From Candidatus Saccharimonadota bacterium (GTDB lineage: Bacteria; Patescibacteriota; Saccharimonadia; Saccharimonadales; Saccharimonadaceae): a DNA stretch of 32,000 bases. The DNA is taken from the NCBI GenBank assembly GCA_016700015.1, contig CP064995.1, positions 90,001 through 122,000 on the forward strand. The letters run 5' to 3'. Shown one piece after another: positions 23,926 through 30,851 of this stretch. Position numbers and translations under genes: made by a program. Numbering within the stretch: the stretch's first letter is position 1; the number at the start of each line of letters is the position of its first letter. The notes under the pieces were generated by a model that ran no database searches, was not told where the DNA came from, and worked only from the letters and a program-made list of their open reading frames with translations.

Positions 23926-25521
23926 TTAGTTTTGCGTGAGCTTGCGGCTTGCTATGTAATAGCTTACTGCAGCTGCTAGTGAGCTAAGTCCAAGGATGTT
24001 CATAACACCATCTACAATACCGGTGTGCGGAAGCTCATTCGGAGTAGTTGTAGTGGTCTTACAGTCAGGACTATTTTTTGGCAGAGATTCTTTACCAGGA
24101 ACCGTACAGTATTCGACTGGTTTGTCACACTTGCTCTTGTCGAGCGTGTAGTGGACATTGTCAATCTTTGACTTCTCAACTGTCTCGATTTTCTTTGTAT
24201 CAAGGTTACAAGCCTCTACCATTTCTGGCTTTGCTGCACACTTTGACAAATCTTTCGAGTACTTGGTGCTGTCAAATGTTGTTTCATCGATACGAACAAT
24301 CTTTTTGTCGCTCAGGCGGCAAACGTCGATCATAACTACTGGTGGATGGCAGTTAGCGGTATCTTTCGAGTACTTGCTAGTGTCAAAATCTTTTTCGTCA
24401 ATACGAACTATTTTCCAGTCGCTGAGTCGACAAACGTCGATGAGCTTTGGCTCAACACAGGTTTTGGTCGCTACTACATTGGCAGTATCAGACTTGTTAC
24501 CAGAGTTGGTCGTTGCAGTCGCAGTGTTGACAAGGGTGTTTTCACCACATTTGTCGAGCTGGTCGTTGGCTTTTACCTTGGCGGCAAATTTGATGTACAC
24601 GTCACCCTGTGGCAGGTAGCTGCCCATGGTCATACCACCAACAGTTACGCCGTCGGCAACCTTGCGGGTGCCAAGTGAATCGTGGACGTAGGTAGTGCCA
24701 GGAACGTATTCCATGTCGGCAGGGAGTACGTCTTTGATGGTGACATTGGTTTGGTTGGTACCACCAGTATTTTTGAAGTACAGTTGGTACTCAACAGTGT
24801 CGCCAGGGTTAGCAGCGACACTTTCGGTGAATGCACCGGTGCTGCCTTTGCGAACTGTTTTGACAAGGTTGAAGTCAGTTGTGGTGGCTTTGACCTTGAG
24901 GTAGACGACACCACTGTACTGGAAACAACCAGGGATGTTGCCATCCATTGCGTTGTAGCCAAGCTTTGCACCGCCGCTGACAATACTATCAGCTACGGGC
25001 GTGCCACTGGTGAATACTGCATTTTTGTAGAATGCAGAACCGGCGACGTAGCTTAGGTTAAATTTGGTACCGTTGGCACCATGGAATACGGCCTGGTCCC
25101 ACACGCTGGTAGGGTTGGCGTTGCTTGCATTTACATAGCCGTCGATCTGAATACGATCAGCGGTTTGGGTTGGTACGTTTAGCTTTGCTACCACGTCCCG
25201 AGCCACAAGGTTCAGGTTGCTAGCAGCATTGTTGTGTACATAAATGCGCACACTGTATTCTTTTCCGTTTTCTACGGTTACGTCGTCGGTATATTTGCCG
25301 TCGGCTCCCTGGATCATAACGAAGTTTCGTTCGTCACCATAGTTGGTAGCATCGGTAATACTGTTGAATGTTATGTATGGCGCAGGATTGGCCATGGTAA
25401 ATGTTGGGCGACTAGGTCCCCATGCGAGCAAGCCCGCGGGTACAGCGACTACAGCGAATGCCAGGGCGGCAACGGCTGCAGCGCGTGTGTTGACCTTGCG
25501 CACTAGTTGTGCAAATGTCAT
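23926..25521 (-). CDS. sortase-anchored surface protein (LPHTG sorting signal) with a DUF11-like repeat domain and Cys-containing tandem repeats
   Basis: Signal/TM at the N-terminus. PGDTVEYQLYFKNTGGTNQTNVTIKDVLPADMEYVPGT is DUF11-like. The C-terminus is ELPHTG, then a hydrophobic stretch, then SRKLTQN. Confidence 0.85.
   Translation of the reverse strand: MTFAQLVRKVNTRAAAVAALAFAVVAVPAGLLAWGPSRPTFTMANPAPYITFNSITDATNYGDERNFVMIQGADGKYTDDVTVENGKEYSVRIYVHNNAASNLNLVARDVVAKLNVPTQTADRIQIDGYVNASNANPTSVWDQAVFHGANGTKFNLSYVAGSAFYKNAVFTSGTPVADSIVSGGAKLGYNAMDGNIPGCFQYSGVVYLKVKATTTDFNLVKTVRKGSTGAFTESVAANPGDTVEYQLYFKNTGGTNQTNVTIKDVLPADMEYVPGTTYVHDSLGTRKVADGVTVGGMTMGSYLPQGDVYIKFAAKVKANDQLDKCGENTLVNTATATTNSGNKSDTANVVATKTCVEPKLIDVCRLSDWKIVRIDEKDFDTSKYSKDTANCHPPVVMIDVCRLSDKKIVRIDETTFDSTKYSKDLSKCAAKPEMVEACNLDTKKIETVEKSKIDNVHYTLDKSKCDKPVEYCTVPGKESLPKNSPDCKTTTTTPNELPHTGIVDGVMNILGLSSLAAAVSYYIASRKLTQN
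24112..24444 (-). repeat. three tandem 111-nt (37-aa) repeats inside the surface-protein gene
   Basis: The units are LIDVCRLSDWKIVRIDEKDFDTSKYSKDTANC, MIDVCRLSDKKIVRIDETTFDSTKYSKDLSKC and MVEACNLDTKKIETVEKSKIDNVHYTLDKSKC. They start at 24444, 24333 and 24222. Confidence 0.8.
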
Positions 25522-25763
25522 ATTGCGTATCTCCTTCCATATAAATGGATTGGTTAGTTAGGGGTATCTGCTTCATGAATGTTCGTACGGCTCGTCCCCG
25601 GTTGCGGGGGCGAGTAATGTTACACGCAAAACTAATTGTGAATGTACGGTCATACATGGAGCGTATGCCAATCAGACTATGCCTTATGGTGCTAAAGTGT
25701 GTGCCCGGGGGCACCCATCCGCCAGTTGGCGGACAGGTGCCCCACGGTGGTAGTAGGAACTTA

Positions 25764-27491
25764 TTAGTTGCCGCCCCAGATGTCGTCGCCACCCTGGTTG
25801 CCACCGTCGCCGGTGGGTGAGCCAGAGGATTGGCCGCCAGAGTTTCCACCCTGGCCACTGTCGGTGCTAGCACCGCCAGTGGACTGGTTGGCTTGCTCCT
25901 CGGCGGCCTTGGCGTCAGCCGCGGCCTTGTCGGCAGCGGCCTTGGCATCGGCAGCTGGGTCATTCTGCAGACCCCGGCTGTCGGTGGCGCCATTGTTGCC
26001 ATTGACGCCTCCGCTGCCGCCTTCACCCGGGTTGAGACCCAGGTCGCTGCCCATCTTGGAGCAGTTGCCTGCCGAGTTCGGCTTCGGGTACTTGCCGGCT
26101 TCGGTGGGCAGGACCCAGATGATCTTGGTCCCGTCGAGGGTGCACACGGGCACCTTCTTCGGCAGCGGGTGCTTGTTCCAGCACCCGTTGGCAATCGGCT
26201 GACTGGCACGGTCACTTCCCACGGGGCACACCTTGGGGGTGTGGCCCACCGGGTAGGGCGTCACGCTGGTGTGCGGGTTTCGACACGCCGCACGGGTGGA
26301 CGCCGCCATGTAAACGGTACCGTCCGGGCCAACCGGGGTCCACCAGACGTCACCGACGTCGTGGCACACCTCGTGGTCAACTTGGACAGACTTGCCGTCC
26401 ACCAGCGACCAGTTGCCGATCGTACACGACTTCTCCATCGCCTGCCAGGGGACAAGCCCCTTGCCACTCAGGAAGCGGTCGTGTAGCTCGGTCGGCGTGC
26501 GGTCGAGCAGGTTTTGCCGTGCCGCAGCCCCAGCGGGCGAGTTGATGTACTCGACCCACATGGTCTGCGAGCGCAGCGTCTGCTGTCCGAACGCACCCGC
26601 GTAGCGCTGGTTGGCACCTGGAAGTGTCCAATCGACGTTGTTGCCGATGCGGACGTTGGTGTAGCCCGCCTTCGCGAAGGCGTCCGCCAGGGCCTTGGCC
26701 ATGGCGTCGGTGTCCGCGTCAGCAGGGATAGCCACCACACCAGCCTTGAGCATTGCTGCCCACTGCTTGGTGTCGGAGCTCTGCAGGGCCGTGATGGTCT
26801 TGTCCTGCTCGGCGTTTTTCTGCTCAAGGGCGTCGATCTTCGCGCAGGGCAGCGAGTTGGCCGGGATGGCGCAATACGCAGCCCAGCTGTCCGGGTTGAG
26901 CTTCATCCCGTCCAGCTCGGTCTTGATCTTCGCCTCGAGCGCATCCGTGTAGGCCTTCGCCTGAGCGTTGGCCTGCTCGATGGCAGCGGTCACGCCGAGT
27001 CGATCTTGGATGGTTCGACCATCGATCGTGTTGACGGCGACCGTCGCGCCTGCGAGCAGGGCGACGAGCGTGCCGGCAGCGAACCATCGGTAGCCTCGCA
27101 CTCGGTTGACCTGCAACCGCCGCTGCTGGGCACTGAACATCAGCGCCAGCAGGACACCCACCGCGACAAGCGCGAGGGCAGTCCAGCTGAAGCCGAGCAG
27201 CAGCCAGAGCAGCCACGTGAAGCTGAGCACTCCGAGTGCCGACCAGCGACTCGAGCCGGTGCTGATGCCTGCACCGATGAAGGCGAAGGTCAGCACCGCG
27301 GCCACGAGCGGCCAGTTGGCGCTCAGCGTGATCGGCGGCAGGACGAACCCAGTCACCTGGGCCCATCCCACGAAGCCGATGCCCGCTGCGCCGAGCAGCG
27401 CAAAGATCACGCGCTCGGGGGTAGACGATGTTGCACGAATAGCGGCGACCAACAGGCCAACCGCCATGAGCAGGATGATGACGTTGGTCAT
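25764..27491 (-). CDS. hypothetical polytopic membrane protein with a coiled-coil, a Cys-rich extracytoplasmic domain and a Gly/Ser/Asn-rich tail (GC-rich island)
   Basis: I chose this frame for its G/C-rich third positions and the AAGGAG 6 nt upstream of the ATG at 27491. It has 4-5 N-terminal TM helices, an Ala/Lys-rich helical region, and multiple Cys in the distal domain. No family recognised. Confidence 0.7.
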   Translation of the reverse strand: MTNVIILLMAVGLLVAAIRATSSTPERVIFALLGAAGIGFVGWAQVTGFVLPPITLSANWPLVAAVLTFAFIGAGISTGSSRWSALGVLSFTWLLWLLLGFSWTALALVAVGVLLALMFSAQQRRLQVNRVRGYRWFAAGTLVALLAGATVAVNTIDGRTIQDRLGVTAAIEQANAQAKAYTDALEAKIKTELDGMKLNPDSWAAYCAIPANSLPCAKIDALEQKNAEQDKTITALQSSDTKQWAAMLKAGVVAIPADADTDAMAKALADAFAKAGYTNVRIGNNVDWTLPGANQRYAGAFGQQTLRSQTMWVEYINSPAGAAARQNLLDRTPTELHDRFLSGKGLVPWQAMEKSCTIGNWSLVDGKSVQVDHEVCHDVGDVWWTPVGPDGTVYMAASTRAACRNPHTSVTPYPVGHTPKVCPVGSDRASQPIANGCWNKHPLPKKVPVCTLDGTKIIWVLPTEAGKYPKPNSAGNCSKMGSDLGLNPGEGGSGGVNGNNGATDSRGLQNDPAADAKAAADKAAADAKAAEEQANQSTGGASTDSGQGGNSGGQSSGSPTGDGGNQGGDDIWGGN

Positions 27492-27522
27492 CTTTGTCTC
27501 CTTTTTGGCTGGTAGTTGTTGG

Positions 27523-28008
27523 TCAGCGGCCGTTCATGAACCGAACGAACCGCTTCACGGCACCGTCGCCGCGGGAGCGGCTGGGGGCCTTGAGCTGGTC
27601 GACGTCGGCGCGCAGTTCTCCGAGCGCCGTCCCGAGCGACCTGACCATTCCCACGTTTGCGGGAGCGGAGAGATCCGGGGGCGCGTCGAATGGACTGCCG
27701 GTCGACGAGGTTGCCGGCGGCGGAGTGGTGCCGAACGCGGCCTCGTACTCGTCGTAGGACGGGAAGTCCGGCGACAAGGCCGGCGCCAAGCAAGTGCTGG
27801 CGCTGTGGCGCGCGACGCTGTCCACCTTGGCTGCCAGCAAGTCCTTCTCGGGACTGGCCGGCAGGCCGGCGAGGTCGTCGTACACCTGCTTGAGCAGGCG
27901 CGTTCCGCGCCCGGCCCAAGCGATGGTGGTACCATCGGGGTAGAGTTGCTGCCCGCCATGCGAGAGCATAGCGTTCCAGCTGTCGAGGCTGGTGATGGAC
28001 TGGGTCAT
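27523..28008 (-). CDS. hypothetical protein (GC-rich island), probably co-transcribed with the 575-aa membrane protein
   Basis: The frame is GC3-rich. I preferred the start at 28008 (MTQSITSLDSW) because of the GAAGGGAAG SD. The listed start is 28023. Pro/Ala/Ser-rich linker. No family recognised. Confidence 0.6.
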   Translation of the reverse strand: MTQSITSLDSWNAMLSHGGQQLYPDGTTIAWAGRGTRLLKQVYDDLAGLPASPEKDLLAAKVDSVARHSASTCLAPALSPDFPSYDEYEAAFGTTPPPATSSTGSPFDAPPDLSAPANVGMVRSLGTALGELRADVDQLKAPSRSRGDGAVKRFVRFMNGR

Positions 28009-28524
28009 GGTTCTTCCCTTCATAGTTGCTGGGCGCGCACGATGCGCGCTCCATGGATGGAGCGCGCGAACGCGCCTGCCGTACGACTATTTCTGCAGTT
28101 GATAGTCGGCCGGTTGCACACGTAAATACGCGTACTCCTTGCCAACTACCAACACCGAGAAGCCGCACGGGTGAAGGGGATTCAAATAGTTCCATACTAC
28201 CTATGCTGCAAATGCAGCTATAGAGCCTTGACTGTCGCCGCTTCAAGACTCTGTAGCTACACTTGCAGATTTAGCAATAAGGTATAGCCTGATTGTCAAT
28301 GATCCCATTTCGGATGAGTGGCTTCCACCTCACTCACCGTGACTTACACAGTTTATCACAAAACACTAAAAAAGTCAATATATATCACCATAAAAAACAT
28401 AAACATTACAATAGTTGCCAACAGGGGTAGCATGTGAATTATATTACTGTTTTTGTACAATTTGTGTTAATCTAGCATAGTATCGTACTTTTCACTACCC
28501 AATTTCTGCAATCAGGAGGCGGCT

Positions 28525-29277
28525 TTGGCATCACGGAAGCTCCACCTTGATCCATGGGTGTACGGTGACGACGAAACGCGGCGCGTAGGGGTGGTACCAA
28601 GTCGAATACTTCGAGAGCGCATCCTGATGCGTCAGGTTACGCTGGAAGAACTGTTTGTGAATGGCCGTAATGAGCACATACCGGGTGAGTATCTGGAGCG
28701 GATGCGGGCCAGAGCACGCTACCGGATTGTACGAGCGTTTGCCGACGCAGTTGATGAGCGGCAGCGCCCCACTGACAACTTCATCACAGGGAGCTTTAGC
28801 GCTGGCTATCCTCGTCGCTGGGCGCCAGTAGGCGACAGTCTGGACGAGCTATGGCGAGCGGTGTGCCGGATTACGCGGCGAATGCGTCCCGTGGTGCAGC
28901 CCGATCACTTGCCGGAGCCCTACCGGTCGCTTGAAGATCACTGGCGAGACGCCGTGTGTCAGCAGGCAAGTTACATGCTGGGCACACAGGAACTCACGGA
29001 GCTTTTGGCACACGAGCGACGCACGGAGGATGGTCGGCAAGATCATGCCGAGCGCACCCTGTGGTACCACGCAGGTGATGGCACCTGGCAGGCCAGCCAG
29101 TCGCTGATTGACCAGACTGACGAACTGCGACGGCGGAGCGCCAACCGCTCCCAGCCGCGCCCACGCCAGTCTGGCAAGCAAGACCAGCGCAATTGGCATG
29201 GTCGTCCCTCGAAGCAGGGTCGACGCCGTGCCAAGCAGGCAGGTAACCCCGGATCATCGATTGGTGGTGTGCGGTAG
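28525..29277 (+). CDS. hypothetical Arg-rich protein with a strongly basic C-terminal tail (GC-rich island)
   Basis: TTG start with AGGAGG 6 nt upstream, followed by a strong terminator. No family recognised. The C-terminus is RRSANRSQPRPRQSGKQDQRNWHGRPSKQGRRRAKQ. Confidence 0.6.
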   Translation: MASRKLHLDPWVYGDDETRRVGVVPSRILRERILMRQVTLEELFVNGRNEHIPGEYLERMRARARYRIVRAFADAVDERQRPTDNFITGSFSAGYPRRWAPVGDSLDELWRAVCRITRRMRPVVQPDHLPEPYRSLEDHWRDAVCQQASYMLGTQELTELLAHERRTEDGRQDHAERTLWYHAGDGTWQASQSLIDQTDELRRRSANRSQPRPRQSGKQDQRNWHGRPSKQGRRRAKQAGNPGSSIGGVR

Positions 29278-29287
29278 TGAAGTAATG

Positions 29288-29325
29288 GGGGTGGAGTGTG
29301 ACGTAAGTTACACTCCACCCCTTTT
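29288..29325 (+). terminator. intrinsic terminator at the right edge of the island
   Basis: GGGGTGGAGTGT-(10-nt loop)-ACACTCCACCCC, followed by TTTT. Confidence 0.8.
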
Positions 29326-29350
29326 CAAATGCCAACAATATTGGTATAAT
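29322..29350 (+). promoter_or_regulatory. promoter reading into the tRNA-Glu fragment and RNA element (TTTTCA-17 nt-TATAAT with TG extension)
   Basis: Consensus TATAAT at 29345-29350 with TG at 29342-29343. The fragment starts 25 nt downstream of the -10. Confidence 0.5.
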
Positions 29351-29374
29351 CGGCGAAGCTCTTTTAATTTATAC

Positions 29375-29391
29375 GGTCCCATCGTCTAACG
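29375..29391 (+). pseudogene. partial tRNA-Glu 5' fragment, continued at 29479-29496 after the inserted RNA element
   Basis: GGTCCCATCGTCTAACG is identical to the first 17 nt of the intact tRNA-Glu. After the element, TAGGATACCAGGCTGTCC corresponds to TAGGACACCAGGTTTTCA in the intact gene. No anticodon-stem closure or 3' half is present. Confidence 0.75.
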
Positions 29392-29478
29392 TGAGAGCCG
29401 CCAGTGGCGGGTCGCAAGGGAGTCCACTCTTGAAAGCTATGCTTTCAAAGATGTGGCGACGGGGTCGCGGAACGTGAC
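29392..29478 (+). ncRNA. unclassified ~87-nt structured RNA element, copy G1 (in the D-loop of the tRNA-Glu fragment)
   Basis: TGAGA-P1(CCGCC/GGCGG)-TCGCAAG-P2(GGAG.CCAC.TCTTGAAAGC-TAT-GCTTTCAAAGA.GTGG.CGAC)-GGGG-P3(TCGCG-GAA-CGTGA). Confidence 0.7.
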
Positions 29479-29547
29479 TAGGATACCAGGCTGTCCGTCG
29501 CTCTTGCTCTACAAATACACGCACCTTTCGTTTACACTAATCTATAT

Positions 29548-29622
29548 GGTCCCATCGTCTAACGGTTAGGACACCAGGTTTTCATCCTGGCAATCCGGGT
29601 TCGATTCCCGGTGGGATCACCA
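29548..29622 (+). tRNA. tRNA-Glu (anticodon TTC), CCA encoded
   Basis: Acceptor GGTCCCA/TGGGATC, anticodon stem-loop CCAGG-TTTTCAT-CCTGG, T arm CCGGG-TTCGATT-CCCGG, then ACCA. Confidence 0.9.
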
Positions 29623-29663
29623 CGTAAGCGCCCCTGTTTTTACAGGGGTGTTTGCGTGGTGAT
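29616..29663 (+). terminator. two-tier hairpin incorporating the acceptor 3' strand and CCA of tRNA-Glu
   Basis: Outer stem ATCACCACG/CGTGGTGAT (9 bp) and inner stem CCCCTGT/ACAGGGG (7 bp) around a TTTT loop. Confidence 0.55.
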
Positions 29664-29689
29664 ACTTTCTGGTAATTGCCCGGATTGCC

Positions 29690-29797
29690 CAATCCGGGTG
29701 AGAAGTGACGGGCGTCACTTCGCAAGGCGATGCCGCACGTGAGCTATGCTCACGAGACCGGCTCGCGGGGTCGCCAGAGGTGACCGATTCCCGGTGG
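29690..29797 (+). pseudogene. partial tRNA-Glu 3' fragment (variable region plus T arm) split in the T-loop by RNA element copy G2
   Basis: CAATCCGGG (29690-29698) and CGATTCCCGGTGG (29785-29797) together reproduce CAATCCGGGTTCGATTCCCGGTGG of the intact gene, minus the two T-loop Ts. Confidence 0.7.
29699..29784 (+). ncRNA. unclassified ~86-nt structured RNA element, copy G2
   Basis: TGAGA-P1(AGTGAC/GTCACT)-TCGCAAG-P2(GCGA.GCCG.CGTGAGC-TAT-GCTCACG.CGGC.TCGC)-GGGG-P3(TCGCC-AGA-GGTGA). Confidence 0.7.
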
Positions 29798-29896
29798 TTT
29801 ATAAAATCAGATTTTTCGCCTCTGTTAAGGATCAGATCTTTCGTTTTTGTGCATACGGTGGGAGTGGAGCACAGATGATTACTTAAAGTTATAAAT

Positions 29897-29924
29897 TTGA
29901 CAAAGTAAAATAAAAGTTTATAAT
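29897..29924 (+). promoter_or_regulatory. consensus sigma70 promoter TTGACA-16 nt-TATAAT directly upstream of the GNAT gene
   Basis: Perfect hexamers at 29897-29902 and 29919-29924. The ATG at 29933 lies only 8 nt after the -10, which implies a leaderless or near-leaderless mRNA. Confidence 0.6.
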
Positions 29925-29932
29925 TATGACTA

Positions 29933-30790
29933 ATGAAGCCTAAAAAAATTGCCAAAAGGGCCGCTAAAAAAGCTGCTCACAAAATAAAGCGCGGTATGGA
30001 AACAGCCGCTGACGTGGTGTTACTGCCAGTAGTTCCTTTTAAGCTGACGCGCTCACTTGCTGCGGCGGCGCTTGATATGGCTGCATTTGGCTCAGAGACG
30101 GTTATACGCGTGCTTCCAAACGGCCTTCGCGAAACGATTGTAGAAGCATTCCCAACCGTCGATGCCAACGAACTATATGTTAGGGTGCTGGACCGAATAC
30201 AGAGTTACGCAAGGCGGGGTGATACCGAAAGTAGCACCGACCCTTATGAGCGTATTAAGACGTCTGTCCAAACATTTGAACTCGAAACAGGGAAAACAGT
30301 GACAATGCGAGCGCCGCAAGAATCTGACCGATTGGCACTTGAATCGCTGTACTTAACTATGAGCGATGATGACAGGTACACTCGATTTTTTGGCGGTATG
30401 TCACCACAGTCGGCACGTGATAGCGGTATGAAATGCTCATCGCTGACGGATCCAAACTGTGCGAGCGATATTGTGATTGTCGATGGAGATGGAACGGTAG
30501 GCGGTCATGCCGGGTATGTAATTTATGATGACGGACTAGCATCGCTACATATTGTGGTTCGTCCCGAATACCGTAAAGCCACGCAGACGGGCGGCAGGAT
30601 GCCACAGATTATGTTCGAACAGGTAATCGCAACTGCTATGCTCGATGAGCGTACATGCAAAATTGTTGCCGAAACCTTATTCCAAAATAATGGCATCAAT
30701 AAACTTGTTGGCGCGACGATGGGTACGCATGAAGGCTTTCAGCGCTCAAGTGAGTACGGCTATCTGGAAAACGAGCTTCCTGTTCGATAG
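29933..30790 (+). CDS. GNAT-family N-acetyltransferase with a ~110-aa N-terminal extension (basic, then hydrophobic)
   Basis: The C-terminal half has a GNAT-like layout (RAPQESDRLALESLYLTMSDDDRYTRFFG ... LHIVVRPEYRKATQTGGRM). The start is uncertain, as an internal Met is possible. Confidence 0.65.
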   Translation: MKPKKIAKRAAKKAAHKIKRGMETAADVVLLPVVPFKLTRSLAAAALDMAAFGSETVIRVLPNGLRETIVEAFPTVDANELYVRVLDRIQSYARRGDTESSTDPYERIKTSVQTFELETGKTVTMRAPQESDRLALESLYLTMSDDDRYTRFFGGMSPQSARDSGMKCSSLTDPNCASDIVIVDGDGTVGGHAGYVIYDDGLASLHIVVRPEYRKATQTGGRMPQIMFEQVIATAMLDERTCKIVAETLFQNNGINKLVGATMGTHEGFQRSSEYGYLENELPVR

Positions 30791-30804
30791 ATTTCAAAAA
30801 AAAT

Positions 30805-30830
30805 CGCACCCTATTTATAGATAGGGTGCG
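30805..30830. terminator. 10-bp hairpin between convergent genes, with an A-tract on the + strand (U-tract for the minus-strand gene)
   Basis: AAAAAAAA-T-CGCACCCTAT-TTATAG-ATAGGGTGCG. Confidence 0.7.
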
Positions 30831-30851
30831 AGCGGGCAAAAGCCTGGAGTT

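Larger units (their letters stand above)
25560..29330. other. compositionally foreign GC-rich island (boundaries approximate)
   Basis: There is an abrupt shift to GC-rich sequence. The ORF track lists 24 overlapping ORFs in all six frames between 25.4 and 29.4 kb, against sparse overlaps elsewhere. The chosen frames have almost exclusively G/C at third codon positions. No integrase or transposase was recognised. Confidence 0.7.

Noticed and set aside
25560-29330. Calling the island a prophage or an integrative element with defined att sites.
   Set aside because: No integrase, recombinase, transposase, capsid or terminase motifs were recognised. I found no direct repeat shared by the two island boundaries. 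Only the adjacency to tRNA-Glu fragments is observed.
25412-29389. The many long alternative-frame ORFs in the GC-rich island, for example 25412-26215(-), 25830-26486(+), 26514-27515(+), 27106-28125(+), 27488-28246(-) and 28849-29338(-).
   Set aside because: High GC suppresses stop codons in all frames. These translations are Arg/Pro/Gly/Ala-rich nonsense lacking SDs. I kept only the frames with G/C-dominated third positions and upstream SD sequences.
29617-29955. ORF 29617-29955(-), 112 aa.
   Set aside because: It spans the tRNA-Glu 3' end, its hairpin, RNA element copy G2 and the GNAT promoter. It is not coding.
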